Assembly: GCA_965644295.1 (NCBI GenBank)
Contig: CBFFRP010000643.1
Coordinates: forward strand, 1 to 51,991
From: Paraphysomonas bandaiensis
Taxonomy: Eukaryota > Protista > Chrysophyceae
Length of the DNA: 51,991 nt
Reading direction: 5' to 3'
In this document: positions 1-12,107 of the stretch, piece after piece
How the letters are laid out: each line of letters starts with the position of its first letter
Position numbering within the stretch: the first letter of the stretch is position 1
The notes under the pieces: model-generated
The model's database searches: none
What the model was told of the DNA's origin: nothing
The model's input: the letters and a program-made list of their open reading frames with translations, nothing else
Position numbers and translations under genes: made by a program

Positions 1-81
1 CCTTCGGCCTCTCTGTGTGTATCATATCGTTATTGCATTAATATAGTTATCAATATTATTATGATGATGTCATTAAACGTG

Positions 82-1341
82 TTAAAGGGTGTTATAAAAG
101 CCCACGGCTTTACAAGGGGACCTCTCCGCCTCTAGAAAACTGTTCGGTTCATGGACGTGCTCATTTTCAGTACTCTCCTCTGAACCCATGACATTTACAT
201 CGGCATCCATTACCTCTATCATGTTAATTTCTCCTAACACTGAGGCATTAGCTAGCCTCCTCCGTAAACGCTTACGTTTCTCTGCATCCCTTTTAGATAC
301 TCTCTGTAGGGTATTAGTACTGTTAGAATTTATAGTATCAGTATATTCAGGTACTCCCTGAGCTGCATCTTCATCAAGTACTCCTTGAGTCATATCTTCA
401 TCAGGTGCTCCCTGAATAATACCATGGTTAACTAGCTGCTCCTGATGGCTCTCAGGCGCTGGGATAGTGGACGTACTCCGTCCATCAGTGGTACTAGAAG
501 CGTCCCTCGTTCCCGTATATCCCGTGTATCCAGGCGTATTCCTTGTCATTACCTGAACATCTTCTATATGTATGGGTACCTTCTGCTCAATGTGGGTTCT
601 CCCCGCAGTTACAAGTGACCGATAACCAACAATGACACCCTTTCTTTCTACCACTCTGGTGGTCTTGTACAACAGCCCGTCTTCATCGTCTATGTGAAAA
701 GTCTTCACGAGATGCTGATAATCATTCACCGTCTTTGGTCTAGGTGCTGTTCGTACTCGGAGAGCGTCGATTTCTGCGTAATATTCTTCGGTGCGGGAAG
801 GTATACTCTCATCTGTGAGTATGTGTACACACGTAATTACCTTATCGGTTGCTGGGAGATACACCTGGTATCCAACTTTATCTTCCGAATATCCCACTAG
901 GTATCCAATCTTTGATTTATCGTCCCAGTCCTTTCGCCTGTCCGCCTTAGGTGTCAATATATAAGTTTTGCACCCCCATACTCTAAAATATTTCAAACTG
1001 GGTGGCTGACCCGTGACATACTCATATGGGGACATGTATCCTCTGTCCGTCCTTGTAGGGAGTCTGATCAGTGTATAGCGAGCAGCATGATACGCGTCTA
1101 ACCAGAATGGAACCGGTAGGCCTGACTGCAACAACATCGCCAACGCCATCTCTGATGCAGTCCTGAATTTTCGCTCCTCTACTGCATTCATTTCCGGACT
1201 ATCTGTTGAAGACCAAGTATGTTTGTAGCAGCCTTGTGATCTCAAATAGCTCCTAAGTTCTTGATTTATGAGTTCTCCAGCTCCATCAGCGTGGTAGTGG
1301 TCCACTCTCAGCTTATATTGCCTAATCTCTCCTTCGAACAC
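82..1341 (-). pseudogene. Copia-1 integrase core and C-terminal region
   Basis: rve motifs, and FRVWGCKTYILTPKADRRKDWDDK is nearly identical to Copia-2. The last residues run into unrelated sequence. Confidence 0.88.
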
Positions 1342-3250
1342 CTTCTTCTTTAGTACGCTGGTTTACGCCTTTTACCCAGAACATCCTACTCGGGTGATGA
1401 GTTAGTTTGATCACGTAGCGCTCATCACCTCGAGCGGGAGTATTCAGAAATACTTGCACATCAGCCGATATGTCCGGCTTGACATCCGTATCCTCCTTTG
1501 TGTGAAACGAAACTCTCGTAATCTTTGATCTGGCACATATGCTACAGAGACAAGATTTTTTTAATGCAGTCTTCGATAGGTGCTTCCTCTGCAGATTTGA
1601 GCCAGTGAACAACATCCTTCTATGTGCCTCCGTTAGAGCCCCTTTGTTGAAATGGCCCATTCTCCTATGCAGCAGTTCCAGCTCGTCCTCACCAGTCCTA
1701 TCGCTAAGATTTACTTCACAATTACTCGGTGTAGACACATCTGGAAGCTCCAACAGCTGCTGAGTTGGAACTGCAGTCATTCCATTCTTCATGGGTCCCT
1801 CCAGTACCAGCTCACCGGTATTACAGTCATAAATTTGGATCCCATACCACACCGTGAATCGATAGCCCATTTCGTTCAGCTTACGTCCGGAGCACAGGCA
1901 TCGATTGATCTGATCTGAAATTTCTATGTCTCTCCATGCTCCACGGGAACCCACACTTGTGATATGAATCTCTGATCCCTTCTTAGATCCGTTTATCACC
2001 TTTGATGTATTCATATGAGTGTCAAGCATGGTCACATCATTCATCAAGAACATTGATGATGAACAGCATGTATCTATGTATGTATAGTGTTCAGCAGTAC
2101 CAATCATACAACATGTGTCACTTTTATCATATATATCAACAGCGCAATCATAAAGCATATTCGCTTCGGACTCCGAGTCAGACTCGGTTCCTCCTCTGCG
2201 GATATTCTCGAATGTGAAAACCTTCCCAGATTTCTGGGGTTTCTTGGTCTTTCCAGTCGAATTTCGGGGACATTCGTTCGCGCGATGGTTTTTGGATTTG
2301 CATACTCTGCATCCTGTATATTCCTTACTGCCCGGTCTTTGTCCCTTCGTTTCCCCCTTTTTCTTCCTACATTGTTCTGTATTATGATTGTGTATTATAC
2401 CTTTCTTCGAGCAATAAGTGCACTTCCTCTTTGTAGATACTCTCTCTTTCTTTCGAGGCTTTTCAATATGATTCAGCTCCTCCGTGCTCTTGCGCTTCTT
2501 CTCTATGATTTTCCTCCCATACTTGGTGTCGTCGAACTGTTCGATACGTTTGGATAGCAATTCATATGGTACATCATCGGGCATTAAATACAGGGCATAA
2601 TTCAAACCGTCATATTCATCACTGATAATTCCCTCCTTCAGCCTACTAATTTTTGATTCTTCCGTTACCGTTTGGTTATGCGCCTGAAGTTCACGAAGAA
2701 GCAGCTCAAAACGCAGTACATACTCTTTCGCGGTCTCCCCTGGCTTCATCTCGAATGATCCAAACTGAGCAAGCAGAGCACTAATCTTGTTTTGTGTTCC
2801 CCCTTCAAAACACGATTTAAGAGTGCTAACCATCTCTCTGGCGCTGAACTTATTAACTCTTCCTTCAGCTGCCTTGAACTCCTTGTGCTTCAGATGAAAC
2901 TTCTGCAGCGCCTTCGGAGATCGCTTCACCGCCTCTCTGCAGTATGAGTAGGCAATTGCATTCGCCTTCCAATACTTGTCCACCGCTTCTTTGTAGGACT
3001 TGGTCTCAAGACTATTCAGGGGTTGAATTCCGAAATCCTCTTCCTCTGGTGGCCTTTCTAGAGCCACCTCACTCTGCTCCTTTCTCATAAGGAACGTCTC
3101 AAAGTCTTCGATCCATTGTTCAACGTTGCTCTCGTCGAACCATGGAACATCAGCTCTATCCTCCTTCTCTCCTCCGCATTCGCTACCATGTTGACTAATG
3201 ACCATTTTCAGATGATTAAGATCGTTGTAAGAGAAGTTTAAGTTAGTCAA
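1322..3250 (-). pseudogene. Copia-1 gag-protease-integrase N-terminal part
   Basis: Zn knuckles CTYC..H..C and CRVC..H..C; HHCC motif. Frameshift/deletion near 1340 relative to the homologous Copia-2 (RSGEEVFKCLRHLCEVHL vs RTKEE/VFEGEI). Confidence 0.88.
3176..3188 (-). promoter_or_regulatory. Primer-binding site TGGTAGCGAATGC (probable initiator tRNA-Met)
   Basis: Abuts the LTR; the identical 13-mer abuts the Copia-2 LTR at 39251-39263. Confidence 0.85.
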
Positions 3251-3508
3251 ACTAGATAGATTACTTTATTATAATTGTATACACAATTGTGTGTGTTGTC
3301 ATGTAACACATGTCAACAACATGATAAATTATTTCGTTCATGTCAACCACTGCTCAACTTCCGTATCTTGAATCGTCATGATATAATACTTCAGTTTCAC
3401 AGTTATAGCTATATAGCACCTTTGACTATTGACTACGTATTACTGTTTTTCACATTGTATTTAACGTATTCTACAGTACTATCTTAGAGAACCATACGTA
3501 TTCCAACA
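3189..3508 (-). repeat. 5' LTR of Copia-1 (TGTTGG...AGTCAACA, about 320 bp)
   Basis: Ends in CA immediately before the PBS TGG. The outer boundary is inferred from TGTTG; the partner LTR is not in the window. Confidence 0.7.
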
Positions 3509-3652
3509 CATACAAGCCTAAAATAAGTAAGTTCATTGCTCGAGATAGAACGATAACTCACTAGCGCTTATTACATAATTGACCTTCGACTATATGTAAT
3601 TATGTAGAGTTAGGAATACAGTATTACTCTATCGCTATAGTATTATACTATT

Positions 3653-3938
3653 AGTCGTGTGGAAGTGTGTACTGCACATTGATTGTATACACTATATATG
3701 TAAAAGTGCTCTTAAATGGGGAAGTTTACGAGTGAGATATATAGACAGAGAGTAGATTTCAAGCCAATCTCAAAGCTTGTCATCCACTTCAAGTATAATT
3801 AAAAGGGAAATACTTCTAATTGTAGTTACATTTATATTCGACAAGAGGTGCTCTGTGCACCACTCACTCGTACACCTCTCCATTTAAGAGCACTTTAAAA
3901 ACTCACAATCGATATGCATAACACACTTCCGCACGACT
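3653..3938. mobile_element. MITE-like element with about 80-bp imperfect terminal inverted repeats
   Basis: AGTCGTGTGGAAGTGTGT...AAAGTGCTCTTAAATGGGGAAGTTTACGAGTGAG (3653-3736) matches the reverse complement of about 3863-3938. No clear TSD. Confidence 0.75.
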
Positions 3939-4741
3939 CCATTTCTAAGAGGACTGTGTCAGCTGTGGCCTCGTACTATAGTAAGGCAGGAATGTATATT
4001 GCATTTGACACTTTTCAGGTACAGTATATATAACAGTGACTGCATATCTGATGACAGTGAAAGTATCATGGGAAACGTCATGCTTTTACCCATTTTATAA
4101 TGTGAGTGTCACTGACAATTCATATAATTTAAGTATGATAAACATACAATAATATAAAGATAATTTTATGGAAAGTAGTACCTATCAAAAACTATAAACA
4201 GTGGGTTTGCACGAACTGCAGCAAAGTTATGCTTTTCTCAGATCTACAAGGCCTCTCTGCAAGAAGTGTAACTTTTCTATGCCCGCAGATGACTCACAAA
4301 CCGTGACTCAACTCTGTGTGGACCAAGAAAAGCTGATCTCTTGTCTAGACTCTACAACCACTAAATAGTATCCGCCAGCGGGCTGCGATACTGTCCAGGC
4401 GCAACGACGGGCGCACTGCCAGAAACACTAACAAACCGTATGTGCTCTTTAAGAAAAGTAAATTATAAAGTCAGTGACAAGAATGAGCAAATCAACGTAG
4501 GTCAAGTCAACACAGCCGCAAAAACACAATAAATGGAGTTTTTCACCAACTTGTTCGCGCATTTTCTCACGAAAAAATCAAGTCAAAAGTTAGTAAAAAA
4601 CTCCCCACACAAACACCCAGAGAGCAATCAGAACACACACTTCACTCTTCACATCAGACTGCACTGCAGTCACATGAACATGACAGATTGAATAATGAGG
4701 ACAACACTCAGAGCTGACTCATTAGCATAAGAGTTCAGAGG

Positions 4742-5522
4742 ATGTTCACTATTGCAGATATTGAGGAGGATATCACTGCGCTAAAGGCGGAGATTGCGGA
4801 CTATCGAAGCGAGTATAGCAGTGCCACTACAGAAGGGAGGAGAGACCTTCTTCTCGCTGTCATCACTGAAAGGAGCAAGAATCTTCATGATTTGTATGCT
4901 ATTCGACGGGAGAAACTGGAACAGCAACAACCTCAGTCAGGTAATCCTATTAATGTACACTGTATTCTCACATCTCACTCATCTATCTACACTATGTTCT
5001 GTTCACTTCTGCTGCAGGGTTTCAAAATCCACCTGCTCCTGTATCCTCTGTATTTAATTTGACCGTGTTCAACAGCCTCAACCTCCTCAGAAATTGTATT
5101 GTTATGAAATGATGTTAAAAGATGCGAATGGTGCACTGGCATCACTGGCAGGCTACAGGGGATTTCGTAAGTACGTTGTTGACAAGGCAACGGAATTGGG
5201 TGTAACTGGGTCTATCCAGCGGTATCGTCATTATGACATCAGGATTTATTTTGAAGGAGACATGGAACAGCTGGATAATTTTTTCGACTTTTTACAGAGA
5301 TGTCGTCAGCAAGGAATGCTGACTAAGTTTGAGAATATTGTGAGTAGTGAGATACCCCTTCGAACACAAAGGGAATTTTTTATTGTCGTGGACCACTCAA
5401 GAACCACTGAAAGAAATGGAAAAGTCAAGAAAGGTCCTCACTCAGACCACACCGAGTACGATAAAATCAGTGAATATTCAGGCGACTCCGGGGCCGTGTT
5501 AGGATTTCATAGACCTCACTAA
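4742..5522 (+). CDS. Helical N-terminal header plus acylphosphatase-like domain protein (probably 3 exons)
   Basis: Intron GTAATC..CTGCAG after 4940 and a probable 35-nt intron (5041-5075) join the frames. GFRKYVVDKATELGVTGSIQR..IRIYFEGDMEQLDNFFDFL follows the acylphosphatase pattern. Confidence 0.65.
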
Positions 5523-7130
5523 TAAACACACGCACTTAGAGCCGGCACACCATAAATCATGTGTGTGGTGGTATACCCCTAAAGGGTATACCGGCTTAAA
5601 TATCCCGTGCGTATAAGGTGGAAGACACTCATTTTATGAGGAATAGTTCAGTTTTTAAGTGTCATGCCTATGATGACACCCCTAATCTGTATGTCCCCAT
5701 AGTTTTCGAGGTAGTACGTATAAGCTGCGGTTGCGTGCTTACCATCCTACTGATACCAAAAGGAGGCATATTATTGATTTTGTTATTGCTTTTTGAAGGA
5801 TAGGTTGAAACATTTTGCTAGTTATAATATAATTAGTTATTGTGTCCATCCACGAAATTTATTCGCTTGTAGATAGGACACCAGGTCTGTTAGAGACCCT
5901 ACCATATCTAGTTCGTGTGTACTTTAGTAGGTGTAGGAAGTAGGAATAATAGTAGCTTGTTATCCTAAGAATTGTGTCTGTATCAGCTACGAATTGCTAA
6001 TACCCTATATATACATTCTGATCAGATAATACAAAATAATGAATATGAATATAAATCGTTCAACTAGAATATCAACGACTATATTAGCCATTTTCAACGG
6101 CTATATAAATCTTAACGGCTATATTTTGTCAATAACTACTAGCTATGTGGGGGCACCAGAGAATGTACTCATCTGGATGTTTTAGATTTCGAAAGATTGA
6201 TTTCAAAACATTAGAGATAACCCCTAGGGAAAAAGAAGATTATATAACATTTGAGATTGATGTTGACTTTGCCTCATATTGACAGCGTAACTAATTACTG
6301 CGTGCGGCCCCCTAGTGGGCGCGGCTGAGTGCTGCTGCGATTGCTCGCCTCTACCTATGTACACATTGCTTAGTTCAGCTGTTCCCCACTCTGGGTTCTC
6401 ACTGCATATTCGGCGCTGAATACCATGTAATAATGATGTAGCTAGTTGGGCTCAGTAGGTAGCTAGCAAATAACGTATGGGACTTAAATCAAGTCTGAAT
6501 TAGGTACCCACCCGGCCCCCATCCGAATCTACCTAAGTACGCACTCAGAATGGGGCAAATACTTCGTAATTGAATCATGTGATATCGTGTGATTCTTTAA
6601 ATTGTTGTATCCATTCCGAATATTCTGTTGTCGTCCGCCCACAGACTTTGCACTCGTGCTTGTTTGGTTCACCTTCAACTGGACTTCAAAAACATCTGTA
6701 AATATCTCTACTTTTGTATACAATAACTTCTAGTCATGCTACCATTATTCATATAATTTTATAACTTTTTTACAAGTAAAATCCCATTTTACACATAAAA
6801 TCCAATTGCCTATAGCCTACGCATACATGTGAACGCCTGTTTAATGCAGCTAAAGTATGCATCCTACTACACGTAATGTGATGCAGTTTTTTAAAAGCTA
6901 ATCGACACTTGTGGCCGGATGCATGCATATTTCAATTCATTTTGAATTAATGTGGTGATGATGACGTCATCGATGATGGTTCCGATAATGAGTACGAGGA
7001 CAGTTGTGATTAAATAAACAGTAAGTAGTCTTTGCTTGGCAGCGTAGTGGGTGTGGTTAATCATGTGAACTTAATGACGGGTACTGATAATGGTGGAATA
7101 TACGCATGTGTTTATTCTAATAATGATACT

Positions 7131-7360
7131 AATATATTGCAATAGTATTGTTGGATCAGTTTAAAAATTCCATCGAATTGAATGTCTTTTTATTTAGCAA
7201 TAGGCGTTAAAAACCCGTTCCGATATAGCGGCTAGTTGAATACTAGTCTACTAGTTAGACCTCTACCCATAACTAATCAGCGCAAATTCTATTATCCTAC
7301 TATTTAACGCTACAGAAGCTGCTTGTGCGTCGCCGCAAGCACCAAGGTGCAACCACTTCC

Positions 7361-7406
<46 letters not shown>

Positions 7407-7457
7407 CCATCAATACTATTGGTGAGACGCTGTCTAACAATAGTATTGCAATATATT
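7131..7457. mobile_element. Small MITE-like inverted repeat interrupted by a retroposon
   Basis: AATATATTGCAATAGTATTGTTGGA (7131-7155) vs TCTAACAATAGTATTGCAATATATT (7433-7457): 25 bp, 2 mismatches. Confidence 0.65.
7175..7399 (-). mobile_element. Short retroposed copy of a non-LTR element 3' end, with an A40 tract and a 12-bp TSD
   Basis: TSD AAAAATTCCATC at 7163-7174 and 7400-7411; A-run at 7365-7404; body homologous to 17105-17290 and 39892-40058. Confidence 0.85.
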
Positions 7458-7903
7458 GTTCCCTAGCCCAGAATAGTATTATGTATATAGGATCTAGAAG
7501 ATATAATACTTCGTATTTCCTGCCCATCTCGAGCCTGTTGTGTTTCTACATCTTGGTCATCTATTTTGCCATTTCTTTCCACCCATGTTAGATATAGTTA
7601 CAAAGGAAGTAAATTCAGCAAGTGGTGTATGACTGCTGAACATGTGATAGATACTATATGAATATGTTGTGAAGTGTTGAGATTAATACTTATAATTATT
7701 TCGAGAAAAGCTTGAAAGTTGAAAGTACGATGTTATGTACTATGTACAACAAAGCAAAGTTAAGATTTACATGAAGAGCAAAGGTAACTTCAGTGTAATG
7801 CCCAATTCTAACATACTATACGACCTATTAATACTCATATATCTTATTACTTAAAGCATAGTGGTGCAAAATAGACACATTTCAACTCTATATTTATTCA
7901 TAA

Positions 7904-10763
7904 CTACTTTGCAGTTTTAATTTCTTCGTCTCCGCTTCCACCTTTCTTCTGATGAGAATGAATCGTGAAAGATGTGAGCTTTGAATGACTTCCGACAAGT
8001 GCCATCTCAAGACGCTCCTCATCTCCAGCCCGAAGAGATGTTACTGTCGGGCGAACAGAGACAATGCATGTGCGCCCCCTGCAGATAGCAATCATTAGTT
8101 TGGGATTTACACTCACTATTTCAGTGGCAGCAGTCTCATTCCATATATTGCAAGTACACAATGGAGAGTAAAGTGTTGGCAACGCGCTCACCTTGAATCG
8201 CCAACAAGTAGCTTCCTTCCATCATCCAACCAAGCAGTTTTATTTAGCGGGCAAGGGGTGGAAGTACTGCCACTAGGATGTCCGCCTCTAGATGGAGAAG
8301 ACGGATTGGCTGTACCTTCTGTTTTATCTTCCATTTGGACACGAAGTGATCCCACGGGCTCAGAAATCGACTGACAAACATTCCACAAAAGTAGCATTCC
8401 ACCTGCGCGAATTCTCAGTTCATAATAGAGTGCAGTGCTTGTTATGCTTAGTTTCATATCAGTAATAACCATACAAGCGATGCCGTGAAGCTTTATAAAA
8501 TATCTACACATGACCCATACCTGATGTAATCGCACTGAATAATCCAGGATGCATAGGAGACCATCGTACCCCACATACATAATCAAACGACGACCCCGTG
8601 AACTCCATCAGTGGTTGAGCTTTGGGGTTTATATGCTCAATGTTCCAAAGCTTTACTGTCCAATCAACTGAAGAAGTTATAATCAAATCCTTGAAAGCCT
8701 TGCTGGTTGATGGATTAACGTGTATTGCTGTAACCATGCCAAAGTGGGCAGCCACCTAAACAGCGCACCAACATTAGACCAAAAAGTAAGATTTTCTCCA
8801 CCAGTATAGGTACGTATTAAGTGAATCAAGTGTATTCGCAACCAACAGTTTTATTACCTGATCTACATGCCCAGTGTTTTTCAGAGGAAGTGAAAGCACG
8901 CTGAGGGTACCACCCTCGCTACCCACGATTAGCTGTAGCAACACATGTTACACTAGGTGGGGCATGCTACTACTTATATTCATAAATATAAGGGAAGCAA
9001 CCTTACTATAAAATAATACCATGTAATACCAAGACTTCTCACCTTTCTACTGTCCTCATCTGGTCCAAGTTCCATGCACGAGACGCTAATAGGTTTGCTA
9101 TCTATTGATGACGCTTGATCAGTTGAATCCTTTTCTTTGTGATTCGAAGCAAGAAGGGAAATAGGAGGTGCAGTAAGACATGTAATACTAATCGGGTCGG
9201 TCAAGTTGTTTAAATCCCACTGACACAGAGTCCCATCGGTACTGGCAGTGATCAGAGTCACAGACCCCGCTGATGACTTAGATAAGCACATGGAAAACAC
9301 GGGGTGCTTGTGGCCCTTTCCGGCGATAGACGATCGGTGCGCTGGTCGTGAGGTTGACACCCTAGTGTCCCATAAAAGTATCTGACCAGAGTAGCAACCG
9401 GCAGTTATTATATGGGGATCATCAGGGTGAAACCGAGCAACAAGAACTGGAGATGGAGAAGAAAAAGTAAACTCCGGGGCGTCTATGAGAATAAGCGACC
9501 ACACACAGAGCAAACCGTTACTGTGAGATGCAGCCATATCTGGAGATGCGGAAGAATGGATTTTGGAGGTTCCATCCAGTCCACTTCGGGAACCGTAAGC
9601 CACTAAGAAAAGCTCTGAGTGATGTGGACTCCTCTGTTGGCAGCAACAAATTAAATAGCATCTAAATAACGATAAACATATAGAATCTGGTGTATGAATC
9701 AATGGAAGTGTGTGATCCCATACACGACACAATCTACATCTCGTGTCTACATACTGTACGAAATGGAACTAGAGCTCACCTGGATATCCATAATTGGGCG
9801 TCCGTCCACTGTAGAATTCCGAAATGTACGCAATCGAGACATAACTACACTACTATCATCTCGCCCAGCGGCTCCTTTATCTGTACCAGTGTAGTCTTTG
9901 AGAATGTCGATAGAATTCGCTAACCCGAGAGCCCGCTCGACAACATGAGCGGAAGAAGAGACAAAGGACTTGAAAGCATCTTGTTGAAGTATGGTATTGA
10001 TTTCGTCCGTTGAGAGGGTCAGAGCTTTCATGGGCTCCACTAAACTCTCTCCAGAGTAGGTACGATTCCGAACACGGGTTGGCGATCCCACAGAACCTGG
10101 ACACATATACATAAGCTTAAAATAACTCATTACGATGCATACAGTGCAAAACGAATTCCACTACGACGCAGGTGTAGAATACACAGCAAGCAAGTAAAAT
10201 TCAGTGCAAATCGGTATATTGTATTGCCGCATGAAAGCGTTACCTCCAGGAGACTGTGCGGATTGCGCTGGTTTCGCAGCGTTAGCATTACTCTCTGACC
10301 TCGTCCGGCGGTGTGGAGTTGAATTCATTTCAGATTCTTCTGACTCATATCCATATAAACCATCATTATCAGTTTGGCACTCCTTATCGTATGTTTCGCA
10401 TATTATGGGTGCTATATTTATTTGCACTGCATTCGATACAACCAATTCACTAAATATCTTTTTTCGTTCTTCTTCCCTGGAAACTATTGGTTGAGAAGTT
10501 GATACTTCTGATACATTCATAGTATTCTCATTAGTAGATGATGAATCTGATGTTGTTAATAATGAGTTCACTAAATCATCAATATCTGATTTTGCAGGTA
10601 CAGTAGAAGCAGTAGAAGCAGTAGGAGCAGTAGATGTAGTTGATGATGATATATTTTGTTCCATTTCACGTTCTTTTTTCATTTTTCTCATTTCTTCTAA
10701 ACGTTTTCGTTTATTTTCTAAATCTTCCATTCTCTTTTTACGTTGTGCTTCAAAATTATCCAT
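7904..10763 (-). CDS. DYNC1I: Cytoplasmic dynein 1 intermediate chain (multi-exon, WD40)
   Basis: N-terminal coiled coil (KRKRLEEMRK), LC8 site ETYDKECQT, roadblock-binding region FVSSSAHVVERALG..DILKDY, and WD repeats GCYSGQILLWD, GHKHPVFSM, SSVDWTVKLW, WSPMHPGLF. Confidence 0.92.
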
Positions 10764-11489
10764 CTTGATATGTATATATATGTATATGTATGTATGTATA
10801 TGATAATAGTTTGTTTTAATTCAATTTGTATGGTAATTTAATAGAAGGGAATGTAAAGTCAGAGTGAGAGTGAGTGAGTGAGAGGTTTGGATGTATGGAT
10901 TGCTGCTTATGGGGGCTATGGGCTGAGTGATATTGTGATAGATATATACGTATAGAGTATCGTGTAGGACTGACTATACAGAGTTATATGTACTGTATGT
11001 ATAGTGGGGGCATTTTTTAATAAAAAAACGTTTTTACTAAAATAATTTAATGGTGTATTGTATATATATACTTGAAGAAATTATTACGTTTTTACGTAAA
11101 AACAAAATTTCCGACTTTTTTGTATATAATACGGCACGCATACATACTTGCATGTTGCATATCGCCCGTTTACGGACATCAGTGTATGAACAGTTTGTGG
11201 TGCAGCAATATTCATTGGGGTTTTCCAAGACAACTTTTCACAACATAAAAATCAGGCTTTTCCATCATGTATGTTGTTTATTTATTAGTACAGCAGTACA
11301 CTATACTGCTGTGTGTACATGTACAGTACATAAACTGCCTGTTGACTGTTGACTCAACTGCCAATGCATACAGATACTAGATGATAGATACACAGTCAAC
11401 CCAGTCATATCATTCAATATATTCCTTATGATATAACATTATTCTTAAATTAGTAGAGAATAACTTTTATTAACTACTATATTTCACTG

Positions 11490-12107
11490 ATGGGTGCTCG
11501 TATATCACTCCTTTGGAATATTAATTCAGCTACAGCACTTGATGTGATATATTTCTTAAAACAAACTGTAAGAGTATATATAATCTATTGGTTATATTAT
11601 TTATTTTATTTAATATATATGGGAATAACTCAAGGAGGATTGAATATATTATTAACTATGTTTATTGTAGTTATGATGCTAGTATTCACATGTTATATTG
11701 TATTGTTCAGAAAATTATGTTATCTTGAGTCATCAAATGCAACTCTACTGCAACAAACAATGATTGTGACAACGTTACTTATATTACTTGTGCCGCTTTT
11801 TCCTGTGTATTACTTTGTTACACACAGGACAGCGAATCCTACTTTGATTGCTGCCTTACTGTACAATATAGTCTTAGAATTAACGTTATGTTCTACAATA
11901 TATTTGTTGCGACAGTTGAAACTCAAACTCCAAGACGAAGAAAATAAATTGACGGCTAATCTTCTCGGTCTCACTTATTCACAGTACCCCCATCCTGTTG
12001 TATATGACTCTCGTCCTACTTCTTCCACTGATAATCCTTGTGTATGCGACGCACAGTCAACTCCTATTGAATATGGTCCTCATGACAATGGAAACTATGA
12101 TAGCTGA
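11490..12107 (+). CDS. Hypothetical 205-aa membrane protein (about 4 TM), copy 1
   Basis: Open frame in AT-rich DNA, four hydrophobic segments and a polar tail. Confidence 0.7.
   Translation: MGARISLLWNINSATALDVIYFLKQTVRVYIIYWLYYLFYLIYMGITQGGLNILLTMFIVVMMLVFTCYIVLFRKLCYLESSNATLLQQTMIVTTLLILLVPLFPVYYFVTHRTANPTLIAALLYNIVLELTLCSTIYLLRQLKLKLQDEENKLTANLLGLTYSQYPHPVVYDSRPTSSTDNPCVCDAQSTPIEYGPHDNGNYDS

Larger units (their letters stand above)
115..3508 (-). mobile_element. Ty1/copia LTR retrotransposon (Copia-1), decayed; interrupted at the start of RT
   Basis: On the minus strand: 5' LTR, PBS, gag with two Zn knuckles, protease (YIDTCCS), GAG-pre-integrase (LLHRRMGH), integrase core (YHADGAGE...SPEMNAVEER...FW) and SH3-like domain (GYLVGY). 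Coding homology stops after HEPNSFLEAE at about 115. Confidence 0.92.

Noticed and set aside
4048-4090. Isolated CTGATGA-CAGT-GAAA hammerhead-like boxes
   Set aside because: No helix I can form in type I or type III topology. It shows that the boxes alone can occur by chance.
5888-6078. Possible solo LTR starting TGTTAGAG
   Set aside because: No terminal CA with a matching TSD found, and no second copy in the window.
7290-7361. Pistol/twister ribozyme or group II intron D5 identity for the retroelement motif
   Set aside because: CGTTAAATAG resembles the pistol linker, but the pseudoknot and GCG are not conserved across copies. There is no twister core, no AGC/CGC triad and no other intron domains.
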